DNA of 64,000 nucleotides from Candidatus Woesearchaeota archaeon. GTDB lineage: Archaea > Nanobdellota > Nanobdellia > Woesearchaeales > GW2011-AR4. Below the pieces are notes generated by a model. That model was not told the DNA's origin, searched no databases, and saw only the letters and a program-made list of their open reading frames with translations. The position numbers and the translations under genes were made by a program. Of the stretch, positions 37,787 through 47,384 are shown piece after piece. Position 1 is the first letter of the stretch. The number at the start of each line of letters is the position of its first letter. The DNA lies in contig JACOZN010000005.1 of assembly GCA_016181305.1 (NCBI GenBank), positions 5,323-69,322 of the forward strand, in the 5' to 3' direction.

Positions 37787-39731
37787 ACACCGCATTGCTC
37801 CACGCCTGGTTAAAGCATCCTTTGCTTGTCAATTCCTTTGCAGAGCTTAATTCAGAATGGCAGCCGATGCAGCCTTTCCAGAGGATTTCCTCGGTGCTTG
37901 CCTCAATTATTTTTTTTATGTATTTTTGAAATTTATTTTTGTTGATTCTGCTCATTGTCAATGCTGCCAGATTATTTACCCAAAACCATGAATCACCGCG
38001 ATGATAACTTTTTATGTTTTCGCCTGTGCTTTCATTGGTGAACAATGGGTTGCTTTTGTCTATTGTTGCCAATCCGCCCCAGTCAAGCCAAAGGGCTTTT
38101 AGCGCATTATCAAAGCAGGTTTCCCATTCCTTATTGCTTAATAATTCCTGATAAATGTAAGATGCAATGAAGATATTCGGCCTTATTGTAAAATCATTCA
38201 ATCCGTCTGCTAGGATTTTCCCGTCCCAGAATCTTTGCCTTGCCTTATTTTTTAAAAGGTTTTCAAGTATTTTATATTTATTGTTCTGTGTTAATTCAAA
38301 CATCAGCCCGTACATATTTAATCTCAATGCCTGTATTTCAATCCTGATTCCGTTTCTGACGTCATCTTCAAATTCCGTATCCATCCATGTTTCCTGCTTT
38401 TCATTCACCTCAAAATTGTCTTTTGTATGATGTTTCAACAAGCCATTGAGCGATTTTTCAAGCGAATTTTCAATTTCATAGATTAAATGATGGCATTCAT
38501 TCTCTTTTTTTCTTATAATTAAAGCACAATTTTTCAGATACTCTTTTATTCTCGGGGAATTATGGCTTCTGTTCTCTTTAATTGCTTTGATTGAGCCTTT
38601 TATCGAGTTTATTGTCTGCTTGTTCCTATTTATGCTGTCAACAATCTCCCTGCATCTTAAAAACAGCCATCCATGGGCGTCTGCACTACCTAATTTTTTT
38701 AAGCCGTGCTGCCCGATTAAATTCGGAAGTCTTCCATCATTATTTATGTGGTTTAGATGCTTGAAGAGCATTTTTTTTCCAAGCTGCCTGTTAAACTTAT
38801 TTATCGATTTAAATGCCACCAAAGAGTCCCTTGCCCAGAACTGGAAGAACCACGGCAATCCCGCAAATACGCCGTAATTATTTTTGTCTTCAACAATTAA
38901 ATTGTTAAGGGAATTGATAGCGTTTGCATATGCAACTTTTATCTCATTGCTTATCGTTTTATTTGAGATTATTTTTTTAACTGCATCATTGTTTAAAATA
39001 CTGAAAAAACTCTCTTTTTCCATTTTTTTTATTCCTTCTATATTATTAAAAATATAATTGCATTCATTTGCTGCCTCATTCTTGTTTTTTGAAACTGAAA
39101 ATAAAAATTTCGAGCCTTTCAGCTTTAGCGCATTGTAAACATGTCTTCTGAATGGCGGAGAGCTTCTTTCCTCATCTGTTGAGTAATGCCTTTCAATCCA
39201 TCGGTTGTTTTTTTCATAAAAATTATTGTTGCTTTTAATCGCCAGATATAATTCGAATTCCTCCTTTCCGTCGCTAGAGTCTTCTCTCTTGTCTGTCTTT
39301 TTTGTGAATTTTACAATTATGCAGCCGTTTTCCTCAGAAATTTCATAGTGCCTGCCCCATTCCCTGTTGTCATAAGATTTCTTGCAGTCAAGAATCAAAT
39401 CTATTTCGCTGTTATCGCTTAGCTCGTAGATTAATGAATTCTGTCCTTTAGGCATAACAAAGGATTCAACAACGCTGTTTTTTACCCTCTCAGCAAAATG
39501 GAAATTATTTTTTAAGATGGAAACATCATTATGACCTAAAATCTCTATGTTTTCTATGAGCCTGTACATCTCCATTTCCTTTTCGTCGAAATAGAACAAG
39601 CCATGGTATCTGGAAGGTGGAGAATTGAAAAAGCTGCAATAGCCTCCTTTTTTGTTTGCCAGCAAAAAGCCTGTATCCTCATCAACCCTTTTTTTTATGC
39701 TTAGTGCTCCCAAGTTATGGACTATTTCCAT
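37755..39731 (-). CDS. Amylo-alpha-1,6-glucosidase (glycogen debranching enzyme, GDE_C)
   Basis: AGLPWFFQFWARD, TWMDT, IEIQAL, RPN, YHRGDSW and QAWS motifs. Confidence 0.9.
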   Translation of the reverse strand: MEIVHNLGALSIKKRVDEDTGFLLANKKGGYCSFFNSPPSRYHGLFYFDEKEMEMYRLIENIEILGHNDVSILKNNFHFAERVKNSVVESFVMPKGQNSLIYELSDNSEIDLILDCKKSYDNREWGRHYEISEENGCIIVKFTKKTDKREDSSDGKEEFELYLAIKSNNNFYEKNNRWIERHYSTDEERSSPPFRRHVYNALKLKGSKFLFSVSKNKNEAANECNYIFNNIEGIKKMEKESFFSILNNDAVKKIISNKTISNEIKVAYANAINSLNNLIVEDKNNYGVFAGLPWFFQFWARDSLVAFKSINKFNRQLGKKMLFKHLNHINNDGRLPNLIGQHGLKKLGSADAHGWLFLRCREIVDSINRNKQTINSIKGSIKAIKENRSHNSPRIKEYLKNCALIIRKKENECHHLIYEIENSLEKSLNGLLKHHTKDNFEVNEKQETWMDTEFEDDVRNGIRIEIQALRLNMYGLMFELTQNNKYKILENLLKNKARQRFWDGKILADGLNDFTIRPNIFIASYIYQELLSNKEWETCFDNALKALWLDWGGLATIDKSNPLFTNESTGENIKSYHRGDSWFWVNNLAALTMSRINKNKFQKYIKKIIEASTEEILWKGCIGCHSELSSAKELTSKGCFNQAWSNAVFIEMVEGVFG

Positions 39732-39759
39732 ACCACCCTCAGCTATTTATACGCTTTTT

Positions 39760-41493
39760 CTACAGCCATATCCAGTCAGCCATCGACGCTGTTTTTCTCG
39801 CCTGAAGCTTGTTCGCAACTCTTTCCTCTTTGGGCATGTTTGCGAAACTGAACATTACATCAACAAGCTGGCTGACAACATCTTCATCGCTCTTGTTGAG
39901 CCTTTTCAGTACAAAAATTCCCGGCGTTTCGGTCTGAGCGCATTCTGAGCAAAAAAACCTCCCAAATCCGGCCAAGTCAGTTGTGACAGAAGAGACTCCC
40001 AGGGCGCCTGCCTCCAACGGAGTGTAGCCCCACGGCTCGTAATAGCTCGGGAAAACGCCAAGATGCGAGCCCTGCATAGCCTCATAATAATTAAGGTTAA
40101 GGAGGCCGTCTGCCCCGCTGAGGTATATCGGATAGTAGACAATCTTGACATTATCCTGCTCGTCATTGTTCATGTTGGCAGAGATTATTGTCCTCAGTAT
40201 TGTGTCATTCTCGTCATACAAGTCATGCGTCAGCAGAGGGGGCTTGCCTTTCCTGACAAACTTTGCAATCCTGATTTTCATCTCCGTGAGGAAGTCGTCT
40301 TCAAAAAGGCTTTCTTTCGCCGCTTTCCTGCCTGAAACAAACGAGTAAATTATGTTTTTCTCGACATCGCCCAGCACTTCCTCGAGCGCATCCTTTACAT
40401 CCTGATAAAGGGTTTTGTTCTCCAGCAGCTCGGGCCTTATGTTCCTGAAATTGGCAGGCACCCAGATGAATGCAACAATTGTCTTTTTGCTCTTTGCCTG
40501 CTTCAGCTTTTCGTTCAGCCTGCCAAGAGCCTTTATGAATATGTCTATTCCCTTGTCATGGAATTCGTACCTGCCTGCGATGAAATAAATCAAGGTTTCC
40601 TTCAGGTCAAAAGTATGATACGGGAAAAAGTAGTAGAGCATGAATTCCCTTATCCTGTCGCGCTGCAGCCTGTGCTTAATCACAAGCTCCTCAAATGTGG
40701 GAAACTTGCTTATATCAAGTCCATTGGGCAGCAGGACATCGGGCTTTTTCTTAAGCAAATACTCTGCCTCCATTCCTGTTATCTCGCTTACAGTCGTGAA
40801 AACATCTGCAAATGCAGCAGAATTCTTCTCAACAAGGTGCTTTGCCTCTATGTTGTATTTGTACACCTCATTGTCGGGATTTATTTTATTCCACACATTA
40901 TATAGGTCTATGTTGGAGCTTGCCAAGGTTCTTCCCAGCACAGTAGCGTGGGTTGTAAAGACAGCTGCAATTTTCACATTTTTCTTCTTTAGGTAGAGCA
41001 ACCCAACTCCCGAGAGCCATTCGTGGAAATGCGCAACAATCTTTTTGTTTTGGCTGCAGCCTGCCAGTTTCTCGAGCAGCATTCCCGCGCAATACGCCCA
41101 TGCAACAGGCTCGTCATAGTCATCCTGCGCCCTTAATGAGTCAATCCTGTACCAGTCCCAAATCTCCCGCTTTATCCCGTTGGCTTTATGCCTGTAGTTC
41201 ACAAAGTCTATCAGGATTGCATAAGGCATTCCTTCAATGAGCCATTTTCCGAAATGGCAGATGATGCCTTCTTTTTTCAGCTCCTCAAAAGGCAGCTTGC
41301 ATATTTCACTTGGCACTTCCTCCTGAAACTCTCCCAATGCCTTTGATGCAAAATAAGGGCCTATCAGAAAGTAGCTGCTGCCGTAAGCCTCGGACATTCT
41401 TGCAGCCTTTGACTTCACAACAGTGTAGATGCCGCCTACCTTGTTGCACACCTCCCACGAAACCTCAAACAAAATATCGGCTTTTTTTTCCAT
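39760..41493 (-). CDS. Glycogen synthase, GT3 family (eukaryote-like); C-terminus apparently clipped
   Basis: FEVSWEVCNKVGGIYTV, HFHEW, FTTHAT.LGR, GRYEF.DKG.D and FPSYYEPWGYTPLE motifs. Confidence 0.93.
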   Translation of the reverse strand: MEKKADILFEVSWEVCNKVGGIYTVVKSKAARMSEAYGSSYFLIGPYFASKALGEFQEEVPSEICKLPFEELKKEGIICHFGKWLIEGMPYAILIDFVNYRHKANGIKREIWDWYRIDSLRAQDDYDEPVAWAYCAGMLLEKLAGCSQNKKIVAHFHEWLSGVGLLYLKKKNVKIAAVFTTHATVLGRTLASSNIDLYNVWNKINPDNEVYKYNIEAKHLVEKNSAAFADVFTTVSEITGMEAEYLLKKKPDVLLPNGLDISKFPTFEELVIKHRLQRDRIREFMLYYFFPYHTFDLKETLIYFIAGRYEFHDKGIDIFIKALGRLNEKLKQAKSKKTIVAFIWVPANFRNIRPELLENKTLYQDVKDALEEVLGDVEKNIIYSFVSGRKAAKESLFEDDFLTEMKIRIAKFVRKGKPPLLTHDLYDENDTILRTIISANMNNDEQDNVKIVYYPIYLSGADGLLNLNYYEAMQGSHLGVFPSYYEPWGYTPLEAGALGVSSVTTDLAGFGRFFCSECAQTETPGIFVLKRLNKSDEDVVSQLVDVMFSFANMPKEERVANKLQARKTASMADWIWL

Positions 41494-41649
41494 TTTGTAT
41501 AGTTGTATCTACATTAATCAATTACTTGCCCTTTGATTTATAAATCTTTAACACTACTTAAGAGGAAGGATGCAAGTCCAAGCAATAACTTTTTATAGTA
41601 GATACTTCTGATTATAATAGGCATAACATAATCATATTATAGTAAAAGG

Positions 41650-41967
41650 GTGGTACTTATTAGCGATGTGTTTATCCAAAAGAGGAGATTTACAGACTTA
41701 CGGAGCTCTATTCTTCTGTGCCTTGCATCAGGGCAGAAAACCATAAACCAGATTTCGAATGAAACTCAGATTAACTGGAAGACTGTTGAAAGGCATCTTG
41801 TCCATTTAATCGGCAAAGGATGGGCTCGGGAAGTTTTTAGTTCTGCATACGTAAGAGTGTTTGAGCTGACTGCATTCGGCAAGGATTACCTGAGAAAAAA
41901 TGTGTCCAAAAACGTGCAGATATCAGACTATAAAATAATTAAAATCAACGGCGAGGATGCATCATGA
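41650..41967 (+). CDS. Winged-helix transcriptional regulator
   Basis: KTINQIS....INWKTV.RHL..L...G...FELT..G pattern. Confidence 0.8.
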   Translation: MVLISDVFIQKRRFTDLRSSILLCLASGQKTINQISNETQINWKTVERHLVHLIGKGWAREVFSSAYVRVFELTAFGKDYLRKNVSKNVQISDYKIIKINGEDAS

Positions 41968-43157
41968 AAGTTTTGATGTTCGGCTGGGAATTCCCGCCTT
42001 TGAGTAGCGGCGGGCTTGGAACTGCATGCTATGGCTTGACCAAGAGCCTCAGCAAAAAAGGCGTAGAAATAACCTTTGTGCTACCGTACTCGGGCGACAT
42101 TGACGCCGATTTCCTCAAAATAATCCCTGCAGGAAATGTAAAGATAAGGAAGATATCCACATTTTTGCAGCCTTACATGAGCTCGCAGGAGTATAAAAAA
42201 TCACTGGGCAAAAAGCCGCAGCCAAAAATTTACGGCTCAACCCTGTTCGAGGAGGTTGCAAGGTACACGCTTGCAGCCGAGAAAATTGCCGAGGAAGAGG
42301 ACTTTGACATTATACACTGCCATGACTGGATGACTTTCGGAGCAGGGATAAAGGCGAAAAAGAAGAAAAACAAGCCTTTGGTGCTGCATGTGCATGCAAC
42401 AGAGCACGACAGGACAGGCGGGCATGCAGTCAACCAGCATGTTTATGACATTGAAAGGCACGGAATGCACAAGGCTGACAAGGTTATTGCAGTAAGCAAC
42501 TTCACAAAAACAAAGATTATGGACCATTATGGACTGCCGCCTGAAAAGATAAGGGTTGTGCACAATGCAGTCGACTTCTCGCAGCATTATTATAACGAGG
42601 ATTTCGGGATTAAAAAGACTGACAGGATTGTGCTGTTTTTGGGCAGGATAACCCTGCAGAAAGGGCCTGATTATTTTGTGCATGCGGCAAAAAAGGTTTT
42701 GGGGCATGAGAAGAATGTCAAATTTGTGATTGCAGGCTCAGGCGACATGGAGCCTTTCATCATCGAGAAGGCGGCAGAGCTCGGCATTGCAGACAAAGTG
42801 CTTTTTGCAGGATTCCTCAACCAGGATGATGTGGAGAGGGCTTACAAGATGGCAGACATTTATGTCATGCCTTCTGTGTCCGAGCCTTTTGGGATAACGG
42901 CCTTGGAAGCAATGAAGTACAAGACTCCGTCAATAGTCTCAAAGCAGAGCGGGGTGTCGGAGGTTGTGAGGCACTGCCTCAAGGTTGACTTCTGGGACGT
43001 TGACGAGATGAGCAGCAAGATAATCGCGCTTTTGAGGTACAAGCCGCTGCACGAGACTTTGAAGGAGGACGGCTACTTCGAGGTAAAAAGGTTCAGCTGG
43101 GACACTCCAGCGGAAAAATGCATTCAGGTTTACAATGAGCTGATTAGCAAAGGTTAA
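41964..43157 (+). CDS. GT4 glycosyltransferase (glycogen cluster)
   Basis: MFGWEFPP..SGGLG, HCHDW and PSVSEPFGITALEAM motifs. Confidence 0.95.
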   Translation: MKVLMFGWEFPPLSSGGLGTACYGLTKSLSKKGVEITFVLPYSGDIDADFLKIIPAGNVKIRKISTFLQPYMSSQEYKKSLGKKPQPKIYGSTLFEEVARYTLAAEKIAEEEDFDIIHCHDWMTFGAGIKAKKKKNKPLVLHVHATEHDRTGGHAVNQHVYDIERHGMHKADKVIAVSNFTKTKIMDHYGLPPEKIRVVHNAVDFSQHYYNEDFGIKKTDRIVLFLGRITLQKGPDYFVHAAKKVLGHEKNVKFVIAGSGDMEPFIIEKAAELGIADKVLFAGFLNQDDVERAYKMADIYVMPSVSEPFGITALEAMKYKTPSIVSKQSGVSEVVRHCLKVDFWDVDEMSSKIIALLRYKPLHETLKEDGYFEVKRFSWDTPAEKCIQVYNELISKG

Positions 43158-43220
43158 ATATAAGACTAGATTGATTGGTTGAACTCAATAATAAATAATA
43201 CAATAAAAACATCAACAAAA

Positions 43221-44327
43221 ATGGTAAGCGTCTGCTTTTATTTCCAGGTTCACCAGCCGCCGAGGCTGAGGAAGTACTCTGTATTCGAGATTGGGCACCA
43301 CAACAATTACTTTGACGAGCGCAAGAACGAGGCGATAATTAAAAAGGTAGCCCACAAATCCTACCTGCCTGCAAACAGAGTTGTTCTTGACCTTATAAAC
43401 AAAACCGACGGAAAGTTCAGGGTTGCATACAGCATGACGGGCATTGTTCTCGAGCAGCTTGAAAGATTTGCGCCTGAAGTTATCGACAGCTTCAGGGAGC
43501 TTGTTAAAACAGGCTGCGTTGAAATCCTTGATGAGACTTACCACCACACGCTTTCATACCTCTACTCGAAAGAGGACTTCAGGGAGCAGGTTTTGCTGCA
43601 CAACAGGAAGATAAGGCAGATGTTCAGCTTCAAGCCAAAGGTTTTCAGGAACACGGAGCTTGTTTATAATAATGACATTGCGGAATTTATCGGGAAAATG
43701 GGCTACAAGGGCATCCTGGCAGAAGGCGCTGACCATATTTTGGGATGGAGAAGCCCGAATTTCGTGTACAGGCCAAAGGGATTGAATAACATAAAGTTGC
43801 TTTTGAAAAATTATCGCTTGTCGGATGACATTGCATTCAGGTTCTCTGAAAAGAGCTGGGAAGAGTTCCCGTTAACCGCTCCAAAATACGCGCAATGGAT
43901 AAACAAAATCAACGGCAACGGCAATGTTGTCAATCTGTTCATGGACTATGAAACCTTTGGCGAGCACCAGTGGGAGGATGCGGTTGCAGAGCTTGATTTC
44001 CCGCATTATGTGAGCTGGGCTGACATTGAGAGGGACCTGAGCGCATGGCTGGGCAACAGGATGCAGCAGGAAGCAATAAGCCAAGTCTACAATTTGGAGC
44101 CTCATGTGAAATTGTCAAAAAATCCAGCCTTGCTTGACGAGTGGAGAAAGCTGCAGACCAGCGACCATTTCTACTACATGTGCACCAAGTGGTTCAATGA
44201 CGGCGACGTGCACAAATACTTCAACCCCTATGACAGCCCTTATGAGGCTTTCATCACTTACATGAACATTTTGAACGACTTCAGGATGAAGGCGAATAAG
44301 CTGGGCGAGGTTAAGGTGGTGGAATAA
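43221..44327 (+). CDS. GH57 alpha-amylase-like protein with apparent internal in-frame deletion
   Basis: FQVHQP, ETYHH, RNTEL (nucleophile), MDYETFGEHQW (acid/base) and LQTSDHFYYM motifs. Confidence 0.93.
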   Translation: MVSVCFYFQVHQPPRLRKYSVFEIGHHNNYFDERKNEAIIKKVAHKSYLPANRVVLDLINKTDGKFRVAYSMTGIVLEQLERFAPEVIDSFRELVKTGCVEILDETYHHTLSYLYSKEDFREQVLLHNRKIRQMFSFKPKVFRNTELVYNNDIAEFIGKMGYKGILAEGADHILGWRSPNFVYRPKGLNNIKLLLKNYRLSDDIAFRFSEKSWEEFPLTAPKYAQWINKINGNGNVVNLFMDYETFGEHQWEDAVAELDFPHYVSWADIERDLSAWLGNRMQQEAISQVYNLEPHVKLSKNPALLDEWRKLQTSDHFYYMCTKWFNDGDVHKYFNPYDSPYEAFITYMNILNDFRMKANKLGEVKVVE

Positions 44328-44334
44328 TCATTTT

Positions 44335-44915
44335 ATGAAAATAACCTCTTTAGAAGCTGCAGTTAAAAGTGGAATAAGCAAAAATCTCATATTCAAAAAA
44401 ATTGCAGGATTAGAAAGAGAATTCTTTCCGAATTACCCGTATAATATAAATGGCATTAAAAAATCCCATAAATTAAGCAATGGGTGCACATTGATTGCAT
44501 TTGACAAAGGCAATGTTATTGGTTACCTAATACCGCTATTCTTTAAAAGCAAGGATTATCTTCAGATATTAACAATTGCAGTTGATAAAAAGCATCATAA
44601 AAAAGGCTATGGAACTGAATTGATTAAAAAATGTGAGCGGATTGCACGTTCTTTAAAATTGAAAAGTGTGATATTGAGGGCAGATGTTTCGTATCCGATA
44701 TTAAAAACATTAAAAAATTAAAATATCGCCCTATGCAAACTATGGACATTAATAATTTTACAAAAGAAGGGATATTCAGCCCTAAAGACGATATTAAAAA
44801 AGAGATTTTTAAATCAAAAATATCTGCTTTATTTCCAAAAGCATATATTATAACCAAGGACATAGGCAAGAAGAGCCATTATTCCTTTATTCCAATGATT
44901 AAAAATATAAAATAA
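44335..44915 (+). pseudogene. GNAT acetyltransferase split by a -1 frameshift in an A-run
   Basis: IAVD..HHKKGYGTEL acetyl-CoA motif. The frame ends TTA AAA AAT TAA, and the -1 frame continues KLKYRPMQTM... to 44915. Confidence 0.75.
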
Positions 44916-44991
44916 TATGCCCAAAAATTATGCGTAAGAACGAAGGCTAAGTTTTCGGTTTAAAGTGAGGCGAAAATTAGAAACGGAGCTT

Positions 44992-45243
44992 TTAGTGCGA
45001 AGAAGGATAGTAAAACTGTTCATCTCCATAAAGAAAACCTTTAGTTCTAGCTTGAATTAAACCTCTCTGTTCTGCTTCTGTAATAGCATCTCTTGCATCT
45101 TTTAAACCTAAAGGATTTTTGCTATCATGTTTTAATCTGGTTTGTTTTGTAAGTTCGAAAAGGTTAAATTCACCAGGTTTTTCATTTACTAAACCAACAA
45201 CATATCCTAAATTCCTTTCCAAAGGACTAACTGTTTCGCTCAT
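44992..45243 (-). CDS. Hypothetical orphan (possible winged helix)
   Basis: 83-aa ORF with upstream TATA; AITEAEQRGLI pattern. Confidence 0.6.
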   Translation of the reverse strand: MSETVSPLERNLGYVVGLVNEKPGEFNLFELTKQTRLKHDSKNPLGLKDARDAITEAEQRGLIQARTKGFLYGDEQFYYPSSH

Positions 45244-45330
45244 ATCAATTGTTATTACTGAATAGTTTATAAAACTTTCGTTTTTGCCACACTTTTCAAC
45301 CCTTTAGTTTCTCGAAGATAACCTTTAGGA

Positions 45331-45444
45331 AAAAATTCCAACAACTTGGCGAGACGAGGCGGGGGTTGTCCCTTACGGGGTGCCGAGTAGGGCAAAATCG
45401 CAGAGATTTTGACCGTCGAAGCCATAGTTGTTGTTGGAATTTTT
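45331..45444. repeat. 114-bp GC-rich branched hairpin element
   Basis: Perfect 15-bp terminal arms AAAAATTCCAACAAC/GTTGTTGGAATTTTT. Inner stems TGGC/GCCA, GACG/CGTC, CCC-TTAC-GGG and CAAAATC/GATTTTG. Confidence 0.75.
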
Positions 45445-45498
45445 GTTTTAATTCTACAAACCAAAACCTTTATATACTAGGTATACTTTAGGTATACC

Positions 45499-45717
45499 AT
45501 GAGGGCAATAACAACAATAAAGCTCCAGAAAAGCACGAAATCGGAATTAAACCATCTCAAGCTCAAGTCTGAAAGCTATAATTCTGCGATAAAAAGGCTG
45601 ATTTCTGATGCAAGGAATTCAAACTTAAAGGCAGAGCTTATTGGGGCTTACAAGTGCATGGGCAAAAAAGATTTAGAGTTCCTTGAAGAGTGGGAGCCTG
45701 CATCCAATGAAGTATAA
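45499..45717 (+). CDS. Putative antitoxin (RHH-like)
   Basis: TTIKL.K.TK..L..LK...ESY...I.RL; overlaps the toxin start by 1 bp. Confidence 0.8.
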   Translation: MRAITTIKLQKSTKSELNHLKLKSESYNSAIKRLISDARNSNLKAELIGAYKCMGKKDLEFLEEWEPASNEV

Positions 45718-46073
45718 TGGCTGAGGTAAAAAGAGGCGACATCTGGCTGGTTAATCTGGACCCAACCATAGGGCATGAAATCAGGAAATCAAGGCCTGCT
45801 GTCATAATCCAAAATGATTTGGGAAACAAATACAGCCCCATAACCATTATAGCGCCGATTACTTCACAAAACATAGAAAAAACCTATCCCATAGAGGTTG
45901 TTTTGGACAGAAAAAACTCTGGCTTGGAAAAGGTTTCAAAGGTCCTTCTCAACCAAATAAGAGCCATAGACAAAAGAAGGCTGATAAGAAAACTGGGCAG
46001 GGTTGATTACGAAACGATGGCAAAGGTAGAAAATTCGATAAAGATTAGTTTAGGGCTTGTAAAAACGGAGTGA
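45717..46073 (+). CDS. mazF: PemK/MazF family toxin
   Basis: RGDIWLVNLDP..G.E..K.RPAVIIQND, APITS and QIRAIDK.RL motifs. Confidence 0.95.
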   Translation: MAEVKRGDIWLVNLDPTIGHEIRKSRPAVIIQNDLGNKYSPITIIAPITSQNIEKTYPIEVVLDRKNSGLEKVSKVLLNQIRAIDKRRLIRKLGRVDYETMAKVENSIKISLGLVKTE

Positions 46074-46123
46074 TAATTTTTAAACCGCAAATCATCGAAA
46101 ATTAAAAATGTGAATTTCCATAA

Positions 46124-46894
46124 TTAAAGCCATTGCCACAAATCTCCAAGCACAAGGAAGTTGCCAATTTCTTTTGTTTGGGGCAAATGCCTCTGAGCTT
46201 TTTCTAAATGACGTTTAGAACTTTCTTGAATTCTTTTTAAATCAAATCGTTTATCATCAAGCATTTGTTGAACTTCTTCTGTTGTATACTCATGCTCTCT
46301 TATGTTAGACCACTCAGGTTTATAATATTCCGTCGGAGATACTCCCTGCGAACCAGCACTTAGAATCACTCTTGCTTTTAACGAGTCTCCGTTTAAAAAT
46401 TTTATAAATCTTCCTGGAGTTTCCCTATCTATTGGGTCTATCCCTACTGCCAAATAGTCTATTCTTACCGCCAAAGGATTGTCATTAGGAGGTAATTTAT
46501 ATATAAAAAATCTGTCTATTGTTCTTTCATCCCTGTACTCATAGCCTTCTCTATGTTCTATATGTATACCACGCTTATCATATTCTCTTGCTCCTTCAAA
46601 ACCGAATGCGTAACTACTAAAACAAGAATGTAAATCATCTAATAATTCATTACTGAAAGGGAACGGACCATACTCTGTCGGTTTTAGAATAAGCGGCTCT
46701 TTTGTGGTAGCTTCTCTGACATATTGTACACAACCAATGACACCTTGAAAATTTGGCTCATTAACTCTAGAAACAACAGTAAATTCAGGATTGAATGGAG
46801 GAACTATGAGCCCTTCTGTAATTGAATTCTTGGAATTATCTCCACCTTTTAATCTCCCTTCTTGTTGAAGTCGTGTTAATAATGTTAGTGTCAT
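46124..46894 (-). CDS. Hypothetical orphan protein
   Basis: 256-aa A/T-rich ORF with upstream TTTAAATA box. Confidence 0.7.
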   Translation of the reverse strand: MTLTLLTRLQQEGRLKGGDNSKNSITEGLIVPPFNPEFTVVSRVNEPNFQGVIGCVQYVREATTKEPLILKPTEYGPFPFSNELLDDLHSCFSSYAFGFEGAREYDKRGIHIEHREGYEYRDERTIDRFFIYKLPPNDNPLAVRIDYLAVGIDPIDRETPGRFIKFLNGDSLKARVILSAGSQGVSPTEYYKPEWSNIREHEYTTEEVQQMLDDKRFDLKRIQESSKRHLEKAQRHLPQTKEIGNFLVLGDLWQWL

Positions 46895-47035
46895 TTTGAA
46901 TTAACCTTTAATACAAGTACGGAAATTAGTTATTTATTTAAATCTTTTGTTTTGTTACTACTAATCGATTATTATCAAACAAAACCGCAAATTATAAATA
47001 TACCAAACAACATAAATCTTAAAAAGAGTGATATA

Positions 47036-47383
47036 ATGGCAAAAAAAAGAGGCAAGACATTTGGTAAAGCTAGTTCTAAGAAGCCACTGCAGTCTGTGGA
47101 GGTTATAATAAGAAAGAAGATTCTCGGGGAGGCTCCTGTGGAGCACCATTTTGTTGTAGCAGACGGAAGGAAAATAAAAAATATAATTGAACTTGCAGAC
47201 GCGCTTGAGACAATGAGCGAGGAGATATTCAGGCACCATGCCAACGAGTTCAAGAACGACTTCAGCTCATGGGTTAAGGATGTCTTTTATGACCACAGCC
47301 TTGCAGAGGACATTTCAAGGGCCAAGAACAGGCTGGAAACCCAGATTGCAGTTTTAAGAAGGCTGGTAAAGGAGCTGATGTAA
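47036..47383 (+). CDS. DUF5752-like protein
   Basis: F.VADG..IKN..ELADALE.M.EE.FRHH.N..KNDFSSWVKDV..D..LA. Confidence 0.75.
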   Translation: MAKKRGKTFGKASSKKPLQSVEVIIRKKILGEAPVEHHFVVADGRKIKNIIELADALETMSEEIFRHHANEFKNDFSSWVKDVFYDHSLAEDISRAKNRLETQIAVLRRLVKELM

Positions 47384-47384
47384 C

